NCBI RefSeq assembly: GCF_963676685.1
Contig: NC_092344.1
Location: forward strand, 31,620,001 to 31,684,000
Length of the DNA: 64,000 nucleotides
Direction of reading: 5' to 3'
Source of the DNA: Mytilus edulis
Taxonomy: Eukaryota
Shown piece by piece: positions 46,691 to 59,500 of the stretch (position 1 is the first letter of the stretch; each line of letters begins with the position of its first letter). The translations under genes were made by a program, and so were the position numbers. Below the pieces are notes generated by a model. It was not told the origin of the DNA. It searched no databases and saw only the letters and a list, made by a program, of their open reading frames with translations.

Positions 46691-48606
46691 TCTAAAGTTG
46701 CTCATAATGTCTGAAATGGTAGCATTAATATTTGTCTAGGTTGTACGATTGTTCGACAAGCATAATGGCGGTTTCTGAATTGTGTGGTCAATACACAATA
46801 AATATGTGAATCTTTTTTCTGTACTTGTTTTTTTATTGATTTAAACAAAATCTGAAATCCATGCAATTTTAAAAAGTGATTCCAATAAAGATTTACACTG
46901 TCTTTTGCATTTCTTGTCTACGAGTAAGTTGTTTTGTTCCTGCGTTTTGCTGATTTTAAGAAATCATACATTTTATCAAATTACATGTATATTTCCTGAC
47001 TTTATTATAATTAAATTCATAAGAAATAAATATAACGTTCTTTGGAATAGACTAATAAGTCGGCCATTAAAAAGGCTACATAGTATATAGCTGTTAAAAA
47101 GTAACAAATGGATTTAGAGAAAACACATACGGATTACAAACCAAAACCGAGGTAAACACATCAACTATAGGAGGATAACAACGAAACAACAGAACACTGA
47201 AGTGCAACAAAAACAAATAACAAATAACATACATAAAAACAAACCATTAGATAACAACTGTCGTATTCCTGACTTGGTACAGGACATTTTAAGAAAAAAA
47301 TTGTGGGTTGAACCTGGTTGTGGCTAGCAAAACCTCTTGCATAAACAATTCTTCATATGGATCAGTATAAGTTGTTTATATATCTTATTCCCGTATTGTT
47401 CTTCTATAGACATATTCATTGATACTTTATATTTATCTTTTCAGTGGTTCCATAGCCGGAGCGGTAGTAGGGACTATAATTTTTATAGTCATCATTGTTG
47501 TTATCATTGCTGTGTGTGAAAACCATAACAGAACAAAGGTGACAACTATTCATACCCCACACTCTGTCGGAACTGCTGTTATCGCACAACAACAGCAACA
47601 ACAAGGTAATCTCAATGACAGCGAAAATATAACTTGATTTCAATTAATATGAAAGAACAATCGGGTTTACTGCTGGTTTCGATACATATTCTTGTTTACA
47701 AAAAAAAATGAAATCACTTAATATTGTTAAGACTAGTAATTACAGAGTTCTAGTATGTGATCAAAGGCAAAAACCAAAACAAAGATGCAACAATTTGTTT
47801 ACGAAATATAATATGAAAATAAGCAGATGTGGTATAATTGACAATGAGACATTCTCTCCAAGAAAAATAATAATATCGAAGTTAACAGATATATATCTCT
47901 ATACAACAATGAGTAAAAAACAAAATGACAACAGTAAAACATTCCGAATTTGAAAACTTACGATCTGATTTAGATAAGATTGGAAGTTTGTTCATAATTC
48001 CACATTTCGTTTTATCAATTCTTATCGTCGTGTTCTGCGTTTCACTTGAATTTTATAATAAAATGTTTTTGTTTGTTCTGTATCAAGAACAATTAAAAAA
48101 AAGCCATGTGCTAAAATTTTCAATACAGTTTACAAGGTAAAATATCACATTGAGACATTATAAAAAGAGAACTTGGTTGTTTGCCGTTCGCTTCACGTCC
48201 AGAGGCAATAATTACATTTTATTATACTTCAGTTATCATTTTCTATATAAAATAAGTAAACAATATTTTCATTGTTTTGCAAATTACAAGCTTTGAACTA
48301 TTGGACCGGTCAAAAATTTCCAACTATAACATCTTGGAGAAACTATCTGACCGCAAGCGTCATAAAATTTCGCGAAATTTTAAATACAGCTAAGCGATTG
48401 GAGGATTTTAAAAATAACGCGGGAGTAACGACGTCGTGTTTTACCTATTGTATCTAGTATAGGGTTGACGCCGGTGCAAGACGTAGCCTTAGCATTTGAA
48501 CATTTGTTTGAAGTAAACGTTATGGTTTGGTTTCTTCTTTTTAATATTACGATAGTTGATTTATCCCCGCCATTTATGTCTGTTGTCTTTGTGGATATAA
48601 TAAAAC

Positions 48607-48743
48607 ACTTACTGACTGGATATTCGTGGAATAGTAAGTTTATTGTCCCGAGGATAAATCTATTGCACTCGGCTACGCCTCAGGACAATAGTTGCTCCTC
48701 GGGACAATAAACTTACTATTCCACTCACACCCAGTCAATAAGT
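48607..48743. repeat. Long hairpin/foldback
   Basis: GTGGAATAGTAAGTTTATTGTCCCGAGGA and TCCTCGGGACAATAAACTTACTATTCCAC flank the loop CTCGGCTACGCCTC. Confidence 0.85.
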
Positions 48744-50992
48744 ATACACTATGGCATTTAGTCTCTGGTTGAGCGTTATGACATTGGCCATTATACCACA
48801 TCTTTTATTCTCATACTTACAAATCTTAACTGACAAGTTTAATATAAACGTAGGCTATTTAAACATTAGCCCCTTTTCAGCGTTTTAAGCATTTTCTTAA
48901 TGAGAAAATTTTGTAAAAGAAGTTGTAATGGCAATGTTGTTCAGGTGTCTTTAACCACCTTAGTACTCACTCAAATAATGATTCTTTATGAATGAAACTC
49001 CAATGGGAAAACCAACATTCAATATATTATCATTAAGACAGCAAGCTTTTCAAGGAAGTTACATGGATCAACAGGAAACACAGTACAACTCTATATCGTT
49101 TACCAAATTAAGTATTATATGATAACTTTGGCGATTTATCAAATCAACCCCTTTCCTGTTTTCAAAAAATCCCCTGAATGAGAACTTTTTTTGAGGTTCC
49201 TTATCCAACTACAATTCATGCGAAGAACTATTAAGTATAGATAAAACTACAATGTACAAATTAATTTTCAATATAATTATATTACTATGACTAATGTGTT
49301 TACCCATGATATGTTTTAATATTTGTGTCATTTCAGCCCAACTACCGATAATGTATGGTCAGTATCCACAACCAGGTGGTAGTATGTATACTCACCCACC
49401 AGCTTATCAGCCGCCTCAAGGAAACTATCCTCCGCCGCAAGAAAACTTTCCACCAAAATACTAACAGTTATCAATAACAAGTCTAACAAGCAGACTTCCA
49501 ATCAAAAGAACTGTTTTAAATTCATAAACTACTAATTCTATATAAAGTGTAAATAAACCTATTTTCCTGTAATCAAAAACCTTCGGTTTTAATGAACTTA
49601 AAACAAAAATCAAAATTTGCTGCTTATCTTGCTGATGTTTGATACACCTATAGTGAGTTTGATATATTTTGCGTCTACAATAAAATAAATAAAATTTTAA
49701 TACACATTTGGGCAAATATAGAGTTCGAAGAGTCGAACATATTTCAGATTATGAGGTACCATCGGTTTAGTACAATTACACATCGTAAAATAAGTATATC
49801 AAAAGTAAAAAAGACAAAAGCACTGAAAATATTGATTATTCTAGTACTAATTTTTCTGAATTGAGATCAAATTGTATTTAATTTTATATATGTTTTATTT
49901 GATTCTTTTGCTCGAGGCCATTTTGTATTTCGTTAATCATTTGAACTCGTGGTTCATCTTAACTAACGAATATTGGCACCCAGCGATTAACAACAAATTC
50001 TCCGTATATCGTAAAAGTAATAGGCTGTTTGAAATAGATTGTCTTAAGCTTATCAGAAATATGGTATAGAATTGAGAAGGGATATGGGGAATGTGTCAAA
50101 AAGAAAACAACTCAACCAAAGAGCAGAAAACAGCAGAAGGTCACCAACGAGTCTTCACCACAGCGAGAAAATCCCGCACCAAGAGGCGTGCTTCAGCTGG
50201 CCCTAAACAACAATGTGTACTAGTTCAGGGATAACGGACATCATACTTAACTCCGAAATATATAAATGAACTAAAATTGAAAATCATACAAGACTAACAA
50301 AGGCCAAAGCTTCCTGACTTGAGACTCGATCAAAAATGGATCTTCAATTAAACACCTTATCATTGTATCGGTCTGCAATATTCAAATATTTATTTACATT
50401 AGAAGTTCGAATGAAAATGTCAAGATTTCTGTCATACATATCATTAAATATTTAGTTGAAAATGTCAATATCTTATTTCATATATTCAGTATCAATTATA
50501 TATGTTGTGTGCAAGGTCGTTTTCACAACTGTATATTGATGAAAAACCAACAAACCTACCATAAACATTTAAAAAAAACGCTATTCACGTCATGATTATT
50601 TAATGAGATATGTTATATTGTGAGCGATATTTGCCTCACTAAATCCATAAAATGGTTGATGTATACAGATTGATATTTATGTAAGTCGTAGATACACAAT
50701 TTTGTGATTTGATGCATTTGGTTTTGAACAAGCTTCCAAAGGTATTTCAAATGGAATAGCACATTCAAAATATTACATTGATGTTGTTTATCGAGCCCGG
50801 AAATTTAATTACGATCTGTGAAAACCTAGATAAATTAGATCTTTGCAAATCATTTTTATTGGTATAGAAATTGATTTAGTGACCAGTAATTCAAAACTGT
50901 AAAAGTTATTATTGCTATACACATATGTACTTTTAAGAGTACTGCAATCTCTCAATACCTATATTTTGGCATTACATTGCTTTTCTGTGACT

Positions 50993-52284
50993 GTTAATGT
51001 GAAACTGCCTATTCTAGAGGGGGCGTGAATCAGATGTGGATACTTAAAAATTAAAAAGATCTTTTAGAGTACATACAATCTAACTCTCTTTCATCTTGTA
51101 ACAGTATTAAAACATTTGACTTTTCGACTCTATACACTAGTATTCCACATTCCCAACTAAAAGACAAATTGAAAGAGTTGGTATTGCTTTGCTTCGTAAA
51201 AAAGAATGGCCAACGTAGATACAAGTATCTTGTCTTAGGGAGGGATAAATCCTACTTTGTAAAGGATCACTCTGATTCAAACAAAAATTTTCTGAAACTG
51301 ATATTATCAAGATGCTTGATTTCTTGATTGACAACATATTTGTTACGTTCGGAGGACGTGTTTTTCAACAGACTGTCGGCATTCCAATGGGAACAAACTG
51401 TGCCCCTCTACTTGCCGACTTGTTTTTTTATTATTATGAGGCTGACTTCATGCAGGAACTTCTTAGGAAGAAAGATAAGAAGTTAGCACTATCCTTTAAC
51501 TCTACTTTTCGCTATATAGATGATATTTTTTCACTAAATAATTCAAAATTTGGTGACTATGTGGAACGCATCTATCCAATCGAGCTAGAGATAAAGGATA
51601 CTACAGATACAGTTAAGTCGGCCTCATATCTTGAATTACATCTAGAAATTGACAATGAGGGTCGGTTGAAAACAAAACTTTACGACAAAAGAGATGATTT
51701 CAGCTTTCCAATTGTGAACTTTCCATTTCTAAGTAGCAACATTCCAGCAGCACCTGCATACGGGGTATATATCTCCCAATTGATACGATATTCCCGTGCC
51801 TGCATTTCCTATCATGATTTTCTTGATAAAGGGTTGCTGCTCACAAGGAAGCTATTAAACCAAGAGTTCCAAATGGTGAAGTTGAAATCATCCCTTCGTA
51901 AATTTTACGGACGCCATCACGAGTTGGTTGACCGTTATGGAATAACCGTATCACAAATGATATCGGATATGTTCCTTACGTCGTAACTACAATTCCCTTC
52001 CCTTTCCTGAATGTGACTACCGAATTAGACTATTTACCGGATTTGTTATCACATAAGCAACACGACGGGTGCCGCATGTGGAGCAGGATCTGCTTACCCT
52101 TCCGGAGCACCTTAGATCATCCCTAGTTTTTTGGTGGGGTTCGTGTTGTTTATTCTTTAGTTTTCTATGTTGTGTCGTGTGTGCTGTTGTTTGTTTGTCT
52201 TTTTCATTTTTAGCCATGGCGTTGTCAGTTTGTTTTAGAATTATGAGTTTGACTGTCCCTTTGGTATCTTTCGTCCCTCTTTCT
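50993..52284 (+). mobile_element. 5'-truncated Penelope-like retroelement (RT core and thumb, ORF 51312-51986, no C-terminal GIY-YIG; Naiad-like)
   Basis: IKTFDFSTLYTSIPH, GIPMGTNCAPLLADL, FRYIDD, LYDKRDDF, YGVYISQLIRYSRAC. One stop (~51052) and one frameshift (~51288). The 3' region is copied many times in the window. Confidence 0.9.
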
Positions 52285-52641
52285 TAATGACGTCTTTACA
52301 CTAAAAAACCAAAACAAAATGACATAGAAACACTCCATAGACCAAGTACTATATAAAAAAAACCTGACAAGAATACAAAATTGACCATAGCACAGAAAAT
52401 CAATGCAATGCCAAAACATAAGGTATTGACAGATTTCAGTAATATTAAAAGTACATATGTGTATAGCAATAATAACTCAGAATACTGGTCACGTCTTTTA
52501 AGAAGTCCATGATTTCTAGAAAGTGGACAGGGTTTGATTGTTAGGCCCAAACTAAGGGAATATGTTTACTGTATCTTATCAAATTTTATTGGTTGCAAAC
52601 CAAGAAATATATTCTAAAAATATTTGACAGTAAAATTTGGA

Positions 52642-52830
52642 ATAGGTTAAGCTAGATATTTAATATTTTTAGATAGTTTTTTCGTGTATCGTAAATTTTA
52701 CCATAATATTTTTGTTGAAACACAGGCAACCTCACTCGACCTTGCCTCTTGAGGTTAATATCGTGGCTTTCCAACAATAGCTACGATACACGGAAAAACT
52801 ATCAAAAACTATGAAATATCTATAACTTAT
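52642..52830. repeat. Imperfect foldback hairpin
   Basis: GATAGTTTTTTCGTGTATCGTA and TACGATACACGGAAAAACTATC flank the loop CTCGACCTTGCCTC. Confidence 0.7.
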
Positions 52831-54083
52831 TACATAGGAAAATACACACCTGTCATTTGAGACAGGAAAAGCCTTTTAACCGGAAGTAGCTCATAATCTC
52901 CTTTATTATAGTCAAAATACATAGTTACCAAATATTTTTGAAATAATTTTCATATGAGACCGAAAGTGGTATTTACTAAACAGAAAGTAGTAAATTGTCT
53001 TTCTATTGTCAGACAAAAGATGATAGGAAACATGCACCTTTTGAAGAGCAGCAAGATGTTTTTCTCTCAATCTTAAACTTCCAGTTCCCTTATTGATTTT
53101 AGGGATTCCAATTTTTTTTTATCGGACTGACACAAGTCTTAGTTATAAAAAGAAATTTAGAAAAGTAGAATAATAATACAAATGTGTGCCATCTTCAATC
53201 GACAATATGTATAAATATATAACGTCTCAGTACCCAATTTGCACCGAGTACCCAAATTGCACCTACTGAACAAAAATAGCTGCGGAAATCTTACAAGTTT
53301 TGTTTGAGACTAAACAATCTGTACTTGTATGATTTGACATTAAACACGTATTTCAGCATAAGTAAATATATCTAAATGTGAACAAAACGTTCACAGTATA
53401 TCTCAACAGATAAAGTATTTACTGTTAAGTCAAATCTACGGAAACATCGCCATGCGACATTCACAAAAGGTCATATTTCAAAAATGAGCAAATAGAATAT
53501 GTTACAGGCATTCATTTCTAAAAAAAAAATATAGTAAGCATGGACTAATGTCAAATTGTTCTAAATATTTGAAAAAATAAGACAAAACATCTGTTATACG
53601 AATTTTAAGAATATGAATGTATGCATGGATGCAATTTGGGCACTCCCTATTACAGAATCATGGATCGTTTGGAGATCAATTCAGACCCGTATTTCTATTA
53701 CTCATTCTAATGCAATTTGTATGTAACAATTTTTTTTATTGGCTAAAAGTTGCCGTCAAATCCACAGTTGACCAGGCGTAACTAAGGAGGGATAACCATT
53801 TTGAAATGATTGAATTAACAAATGATCGATTACTACTATATAATCAAAAATAAAACAACACCTTCCTCAAATTCGCCGTTTTAATGTAATTTTATCCCAA
53901 TTTGAAGCGTACAGGTAACGTAAAAACCTTCAGTTTGTAAGTTTTCAATTGTATGACGTCACGTTTACCCATGACGATTTTTAGCCAAAATTGTTCATGA
54001 AGTTTCGAGGATTGTTTTATTTGTCAAATTTAGACATTTTCCAAGTTTTATCGTATTATTTTTTTTTGTAATGCATTTGAATC

Positions 54084-54248
54084 GGAATAACAGTACTGTA
54101 GTTGAAGAGTTGCCACCGTCAATTTTGATTTGACGGTCGCAGATCTCCGTTTTACTGTCTCCGCTACGCGTCGCCAGTAGAACTGCATTTGCGACCGTCA
54201 AATCTACAATTGTCGGTGGCAACTCTTCAACTACTGTATTGTTATTCC
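54084..54248. repeat. Long hairpin/foldback
   Basis: GGAATAACAGTACTGTAGTTGAAGAGTTGCCACCG and CGGTGGCAACTCTTCAACTACTGTATTGTTATTCC flank the loop CGCTACGCG. Confidence 0.85.
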
Positions 54249-54677
54249 TTAAAAATGAATTCAAAATTAAATCGGTGTAACTATATAGTAAGTAAGGATA
54301 CATCTACGAATTAAATCCAAAATAGAAACTTTTGTCTGGAGCATAAAAAAAGTAGGTGAAAAAAAATGTCAAAATAGGTGCAATTTGGGTACCCTCATTT
54401 TATATATTTTGCATTAATATTTTGAAATTTATCAGGGATATATTAAGCAATATATGCAAATTTAACGGTATGAATGCACTTAAACATATTATGTTTCTAC
54501 TTGTATTCTCTCTATACGGTAATGTATTTAAAAACTACAGTTCTATAAACCTTTTGTGATATCTGATTTTATCTACATTCAATTATTTCTAATTTATCTG
54601 ATAAAAACTACACATTGTTTATATCCAGTAGTTAAATGCAATTTAAATTTGGTTTAAAGTGATCAGGATAAATAATC

Positions 54678-57600
54678 ATGGATCTTCTACGACGTATTGT
54701 GTACACCGCTTTTCTGAATTTAATATTCAGTGGTAAGTGTTGATCATCTGTTACTCTCTATATTCTATTCATTATCTTGTTTTTGCAATTCATAACAAAC
54801 CCAAGAAATGTACATAGATAAAAAAAGTTTATGTATAATGCAATTCCATATTTTATATGTGAGCTGTCCTTTTTCATCGGTCGTATTTATATAATTTACT
54901 GTTAATCTTTATGGTTACTCGAGACCTAAAATTGAAAATCATCAAGAATTTACCACATATTTATGTAAGCCATTATTTCAGACTTCTTTAAGAGTAGCAT
55001 ATATATCTTAACTTCATAAATTTTAGTAGAATTGAAATTCTTGAATTATCTTATTTGAATTAAGTATAGTAAATCTTGCTGTGAAGAATATTTAACAAAT
55101 AAAATCCGACCTTTCCAATATATTTTAGAAAGGGGAAATTCATAACAACTAATAAAACCAAATTTTCTTAATTAACGGAACGAGTTATAATATTTCAGAC
55201 TTGAAACAGTAATTTTCCCAACCAAATATCGGGTTAAATTTATTTTTTTAGCTACCTGAACCTCCTACTTTAATGACTGTTGAAAATAATAATAAAATAG
55301 TATTATTAAGAATTGATTGATTGTTATTCAACTTTATACACTACCAAGAATTTACTCACGTTTTTTTGGTACATTTCTACCCTCGTATATATCAGTACTG
55401 TTCGGCAAGACAGAAAACTTGTAATGTTATACTTTCTGTTTATTCAGTACTGTTTTGACAGTACTGTTTCAGTACTGATTTTGACAGTACTGTTTCAGTA
55501 CTGATTTTGACAGTACTGTTTCAGTACTGATTTTGACAGTACTGTTTCAGTGCTGATTTCGTCAGTACTGATTCAGTTCTGATTTCGTCAGTACTGTTGC
55601 AGTACTGATTTCGTCAGTAATGTTTAAGTACTGATTTTGCCGGTAATGTTTCAGTACTGATTGTGTACTGTAAGTATACCGATGTTACATGTTAAAAGAG
55701 TAGTTCAGTGCATTATTGGTCTAGTTCTGTACAAAATAGGTTAATTACATTGTATTTATATCTGAGTATCATGTCCTCTTCCTGCACTCAACTTGCCACT
55801 GGATCACATAACATCCATCCAACCATCCATCTTCTCAAAATTAATATACCGAGTTCCAATGTTCAATTCTTGTTCAATATGTTCTGATTTGATTAAAGCA
55901 AGATACAAACACATGTAATATGGTATTGTCAAATAGAAATATTAATAAGATCTTTCTAAAAACATAAACCTTATAAAATAACCACACAAGATGCATTTCT
56001 GACAAAAAATATGACATTAAGCCAGAATATTAAAAAAAAACTAAAGTAGCTATCGAAGTGCTGAAACTAAAGCAAAACCAAATCAGGACAACAAAAATCA
56101 GAAAAATAAAAAAAAACATAACGAAAACAAAATGTCACGATATAGAAAATGAATGGAAATGGGGTAAGTGTCCAAAAAGAACAATTAATTCACCCCAAAT
56201 ATACAAAACAACCTAAGACCTTTTAAATAGGCATCAATGTATGCATTCAAATGTAAACATTGTATCTAATTTAAAGGTAAATAAACTAAATTTTACCTGA
56301 AATAAAAACAAATATAAACCTTAAAAAGGTGCACATTTACGTAATTAAAGAGAGGACATCTTCCGTTATGAACACAGTGATCTATTGATAAATGCACTCA
56401 AAAGAGCAGGTACATGTTTATATGTTGAACAGTAATGAAAAATTCCCTACAGATACAGTACTGATATAATTAGTGTTATAATGAAACAGTACTGACGAAA
56501 TCAGTACTGAAACAGTACTGTCAAAATCAGTACTGAAACAGTACTGTCAAAATCAGTACTGAAACAGTACTGTCAAAATCAGTACTGAAACAGTACTGTC
56601 AAAGTCAGTACCGAAACAGAACTGTCAAAAACAGTACTTAATAAACAAAAAGTATAACATTACAAGTTTTCTGTCTTGCCGAACAGTACTGATTTATACG
56701 AGGGTAGAAATGTACCAAAAAAAACGTGAGTAAATTCTTGGTAGTGTAGAAGATGTAGTTTAATTGGCAAAAGGACAAGTATCCACTAACTATGCTGTTT
56801 GTTTAACATCCAGTGGTAAATAATACATGCGTATTGCGTACATAAAATATGCGTGTTCTGTTTGTCGACCGTTTTGAAGGAGGGTAATTTTGGACTACCA
56901 TTTGTAAACGAAAGCACATACTTATCTGATATGAAACCTTATATTCCATGCCTTTTGTGTAACAAAATGAAATCGGAAGCCATATAAACAAGCCTACAAT
57001 TCTGACTGTTCTGCCTATATTTATATTTCCAGAAACGGTGGCTTCATTGTTTTACGAATGATGATAATGGCATGATAATATCAAATGGTTTTGTGGTTTG
57101 AGAAAGAAATACCATAACAAATGAGCACATACAGAAGACGGACACTCAGTGAAAGCATTTTTGCATAATTGCCTATTTTTGCAATCTTGACCGTTTGATA
57201 TTAAAATATCCAAGACCCATTTCATGGACAAATAAATGTCCATAAACATACCTGTTAAATAATGATTAAAGAATTTCGTAACAAAAACTCAGTCCACCTT
57301 GTATCACTTGGTTTTATAATCACTATCGTAAATATAAATGGCGTTAATAAACAATTTAACATAGTATAAGATTCATATAAGATGTCTACCATATGCCTAG
57401 CTTTTAATTTAAATACGACTCACTTACGAGATTCAGGTATCAGATATGTGTCGAATGTAAAACAATTGTGTTCTTTTTTTTTGGTTATGCATGTTAATGT
57501 AAAATACATATTATTTTTCAGTTGTGAAGGTTTATGGTGAATACTGTTACTACAGTTATTACTATTCTGATTCTGAATGTGATTACACAACAAGCGGGTG

Positions 57601-59500
57601 TGTTTAATTTTCTTTTTTCTTTTTTTATTGTACCATAAAATACTAAATTTCGTTTTAATTTATGAATAAACTTGTTGGCTGTTTTGTACACAAGTAAACA
57701 GGAGTGGATATAAAACAAAGACTCCTGTATTGTCTGATCAGTATTCTTAGAAGATGCCAACTTCGTATTCTGTTCTCGTTTAAATATTTTTTTTATATTT
57801 TTTTTTTATGGTGAAACCAAAGTAGTTTAAGTACATATTCTGATAGTCACACTATTTGTGGAAAATATTTCATACAGAGACTGTCGTTGTGATCCTTCGC
57901 TGATTTCTAGACTTGTTGGCGACGGCTTAACGTCATCAGACAGAAGGCCAATGTATACTTTAGACGATAATAAAATTATGTTAATTAGAAATGATAACCT
58001 TTTTGTATTTTGTACAAGACTGACACATAACAGTGCATCTGGATAAGTATGTTTTGTTTATATATATGATCCGTATACTATATATAGAATATTTATTAAT
58101 ACTTAATACTAACTATTTTAGTGGTTCCATAGCCGGTGCGATAGTAGGAACTATCATTTTCATAGTTGTCATAGTTGTTATAATTATAATTTGTAAACAG
58201 AAGAAAACTAGGACGAGACGTATTCATACCACTCCACACACTGGTGGAACTACTGTTATCACACAACAACAACAACAAGGTAAACTTAATTACAGAAGTT
58301 AAAACATGATTTTTAATATTATAAAAAGAATGGTTGATTTCGAATATAAATGCATATACTTGTGCAAAAAAGTGGAGAGAGATGTGCACAGATTTGCATG
58401 TCTGATAAGTATGAAAACATAGGTTGTTAACAGTCGTATACAAAAAACTACACTGTGAAATCAAAGCCAAAAAAACATAATGTATAATGATTTGTTTAGG
58501 AGCTATAGGATTGACAGATTTTGTATGTTTGTCATTCGACATATCTTTTAACTTTTTCTCATCACGAGTATTATTCATTTGTTTGTGCCTCGGCAAATAC
58601 ATTTCTATCACAATTTTTGAAAGGCGTGTTACTTGGTGTTAGGTTTTATGTTTAGTGTTTTGTGCATCTTTATTGAATTTTAAAATCAATATTTTGTTTG
58701 GCCATTGCTATTGAGAACAGTAGCAGAACAGTTACAAATAATTTCAAGTGCTAAAATTAAATTTTTGGTTTACAATGACAAATGTTACATCGACATCTTG
58801 CATTATAAAAGGTGAAAATGTTTGCAGGACGTCCAATATACGTTTTCGGCCAAAAACCATACATACTTTTAAAACTATTTTGTGATTGCAAATTAAAATC
58901 TTCCTTTGTATGGATGAAAGCATTTTCTTATGTCACAGAAGGTGTATTAAAACCTGATTTTATAGCTTGCTAAACCTCTCACTTGCATGCAAGTTGCATA
59001 CAATTCCTTTGTGTTGACAACGAGGTGTGAACAAAACAAATAGACACAAAAGGTAAAATGTCAAAAAGGGGTCCAGCAGTCAACATCGTGTTATAACCTT
59101 AATCCCTATAAAAACTAACAAATATGTAACAAGAAACAATAAAAAGGCATATTGACAAAGCACATTAGCAATTTGAAAAATGAAAGAATATATATTAACC
59201 GTAGCACAATTTACAAAATGACGGAATTTTTAAGTTCAGAGACACGTTAAATTAAACAACTGTAAAAAAAAATAAAAAAAAATATAATAAACAATAAGAT
59301 GGCAGGCATTCAGGAACCGCTACAACTTATGAGTAGTACGATGGATATGTTTTAAGATTTTTGTCATTCCAGCTCAACCACCAATGATGTATGGTCAGTA
59401 TTCGCAACCAGGAGGCCCGATGTATAATCAACCACCAGCGTATCCGCCACCTCAACCAAACTATCTACCACCACATGGAAATTATCCTCCAAGATATTAA
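54678..59500 (+). CDS. Small type I membrane PPxY protein, copy 4 (138 aa); exons 54678-54732, 57522-57597, 58122-58279, 59373-59500
   Basis: Open spliced frame; loop EYCYYSYYYSDSECD, TM GSIAGAIVGTIIFIVVIVVIIIIC, Q5, tail NQPPAYPPPQPNYLPPHGNYPPRY*; AATAAA shortly after the stop. Confidence 0.9.
55339..56746. mobile_element. Non-autonomous CACTA/EnSpm-like element with 26-bp subterminal arrays
   Basis: TA|CACTACCAAGAATTTACTCACG ... CGTGAGTAAATTCTTGGTAGTG|TA. About 100 bp of near-perfect TIR, then inverted arrays of CAGTACTGTTTCAGTACTGATTTTGA. Confidence 0.85.

Larger units (their letters stand above)
44902..49464 (+). pseudogene. Small type I membrane PPxY protein, copy 3, with premature stop; exon 1a 44902-44956, exon 1b 45648-45702, then 45903-45990, 47445-47605, 49337-49464
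   Basis: All splice sites and phases are kept, but the loop reads EYCYYVYSYTYFYT*YECD (TAA 45962-45964). A third, dead exon-1 copy without ATG lies at ~44757-44800. Confidence 0.8.

Noticed and set aside
47337-47519. Conserved overlapping Cys/His-rich ORF in exon 3 as an independent gene
   Set aside because: An open shifted frame is expected from hydrophobic NTN codons. It matters only through the copy 1 cryptic donor, reported separately.
53230-54397. Possible TIR element (GTACCCAAATTGCACC repeats in inverted orientation)
   Set aside because: The inverted motif is visible, but boundaries and TSD could not be fixed by eye.
58096-58611. 171-aa minus-strand ORF and similar antisense ORFs over exons (25105-25293, 47416-47643, 15838-16047)
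   Set aside because: Antisense shadows of real exons with no recognisable domain or conserved start.
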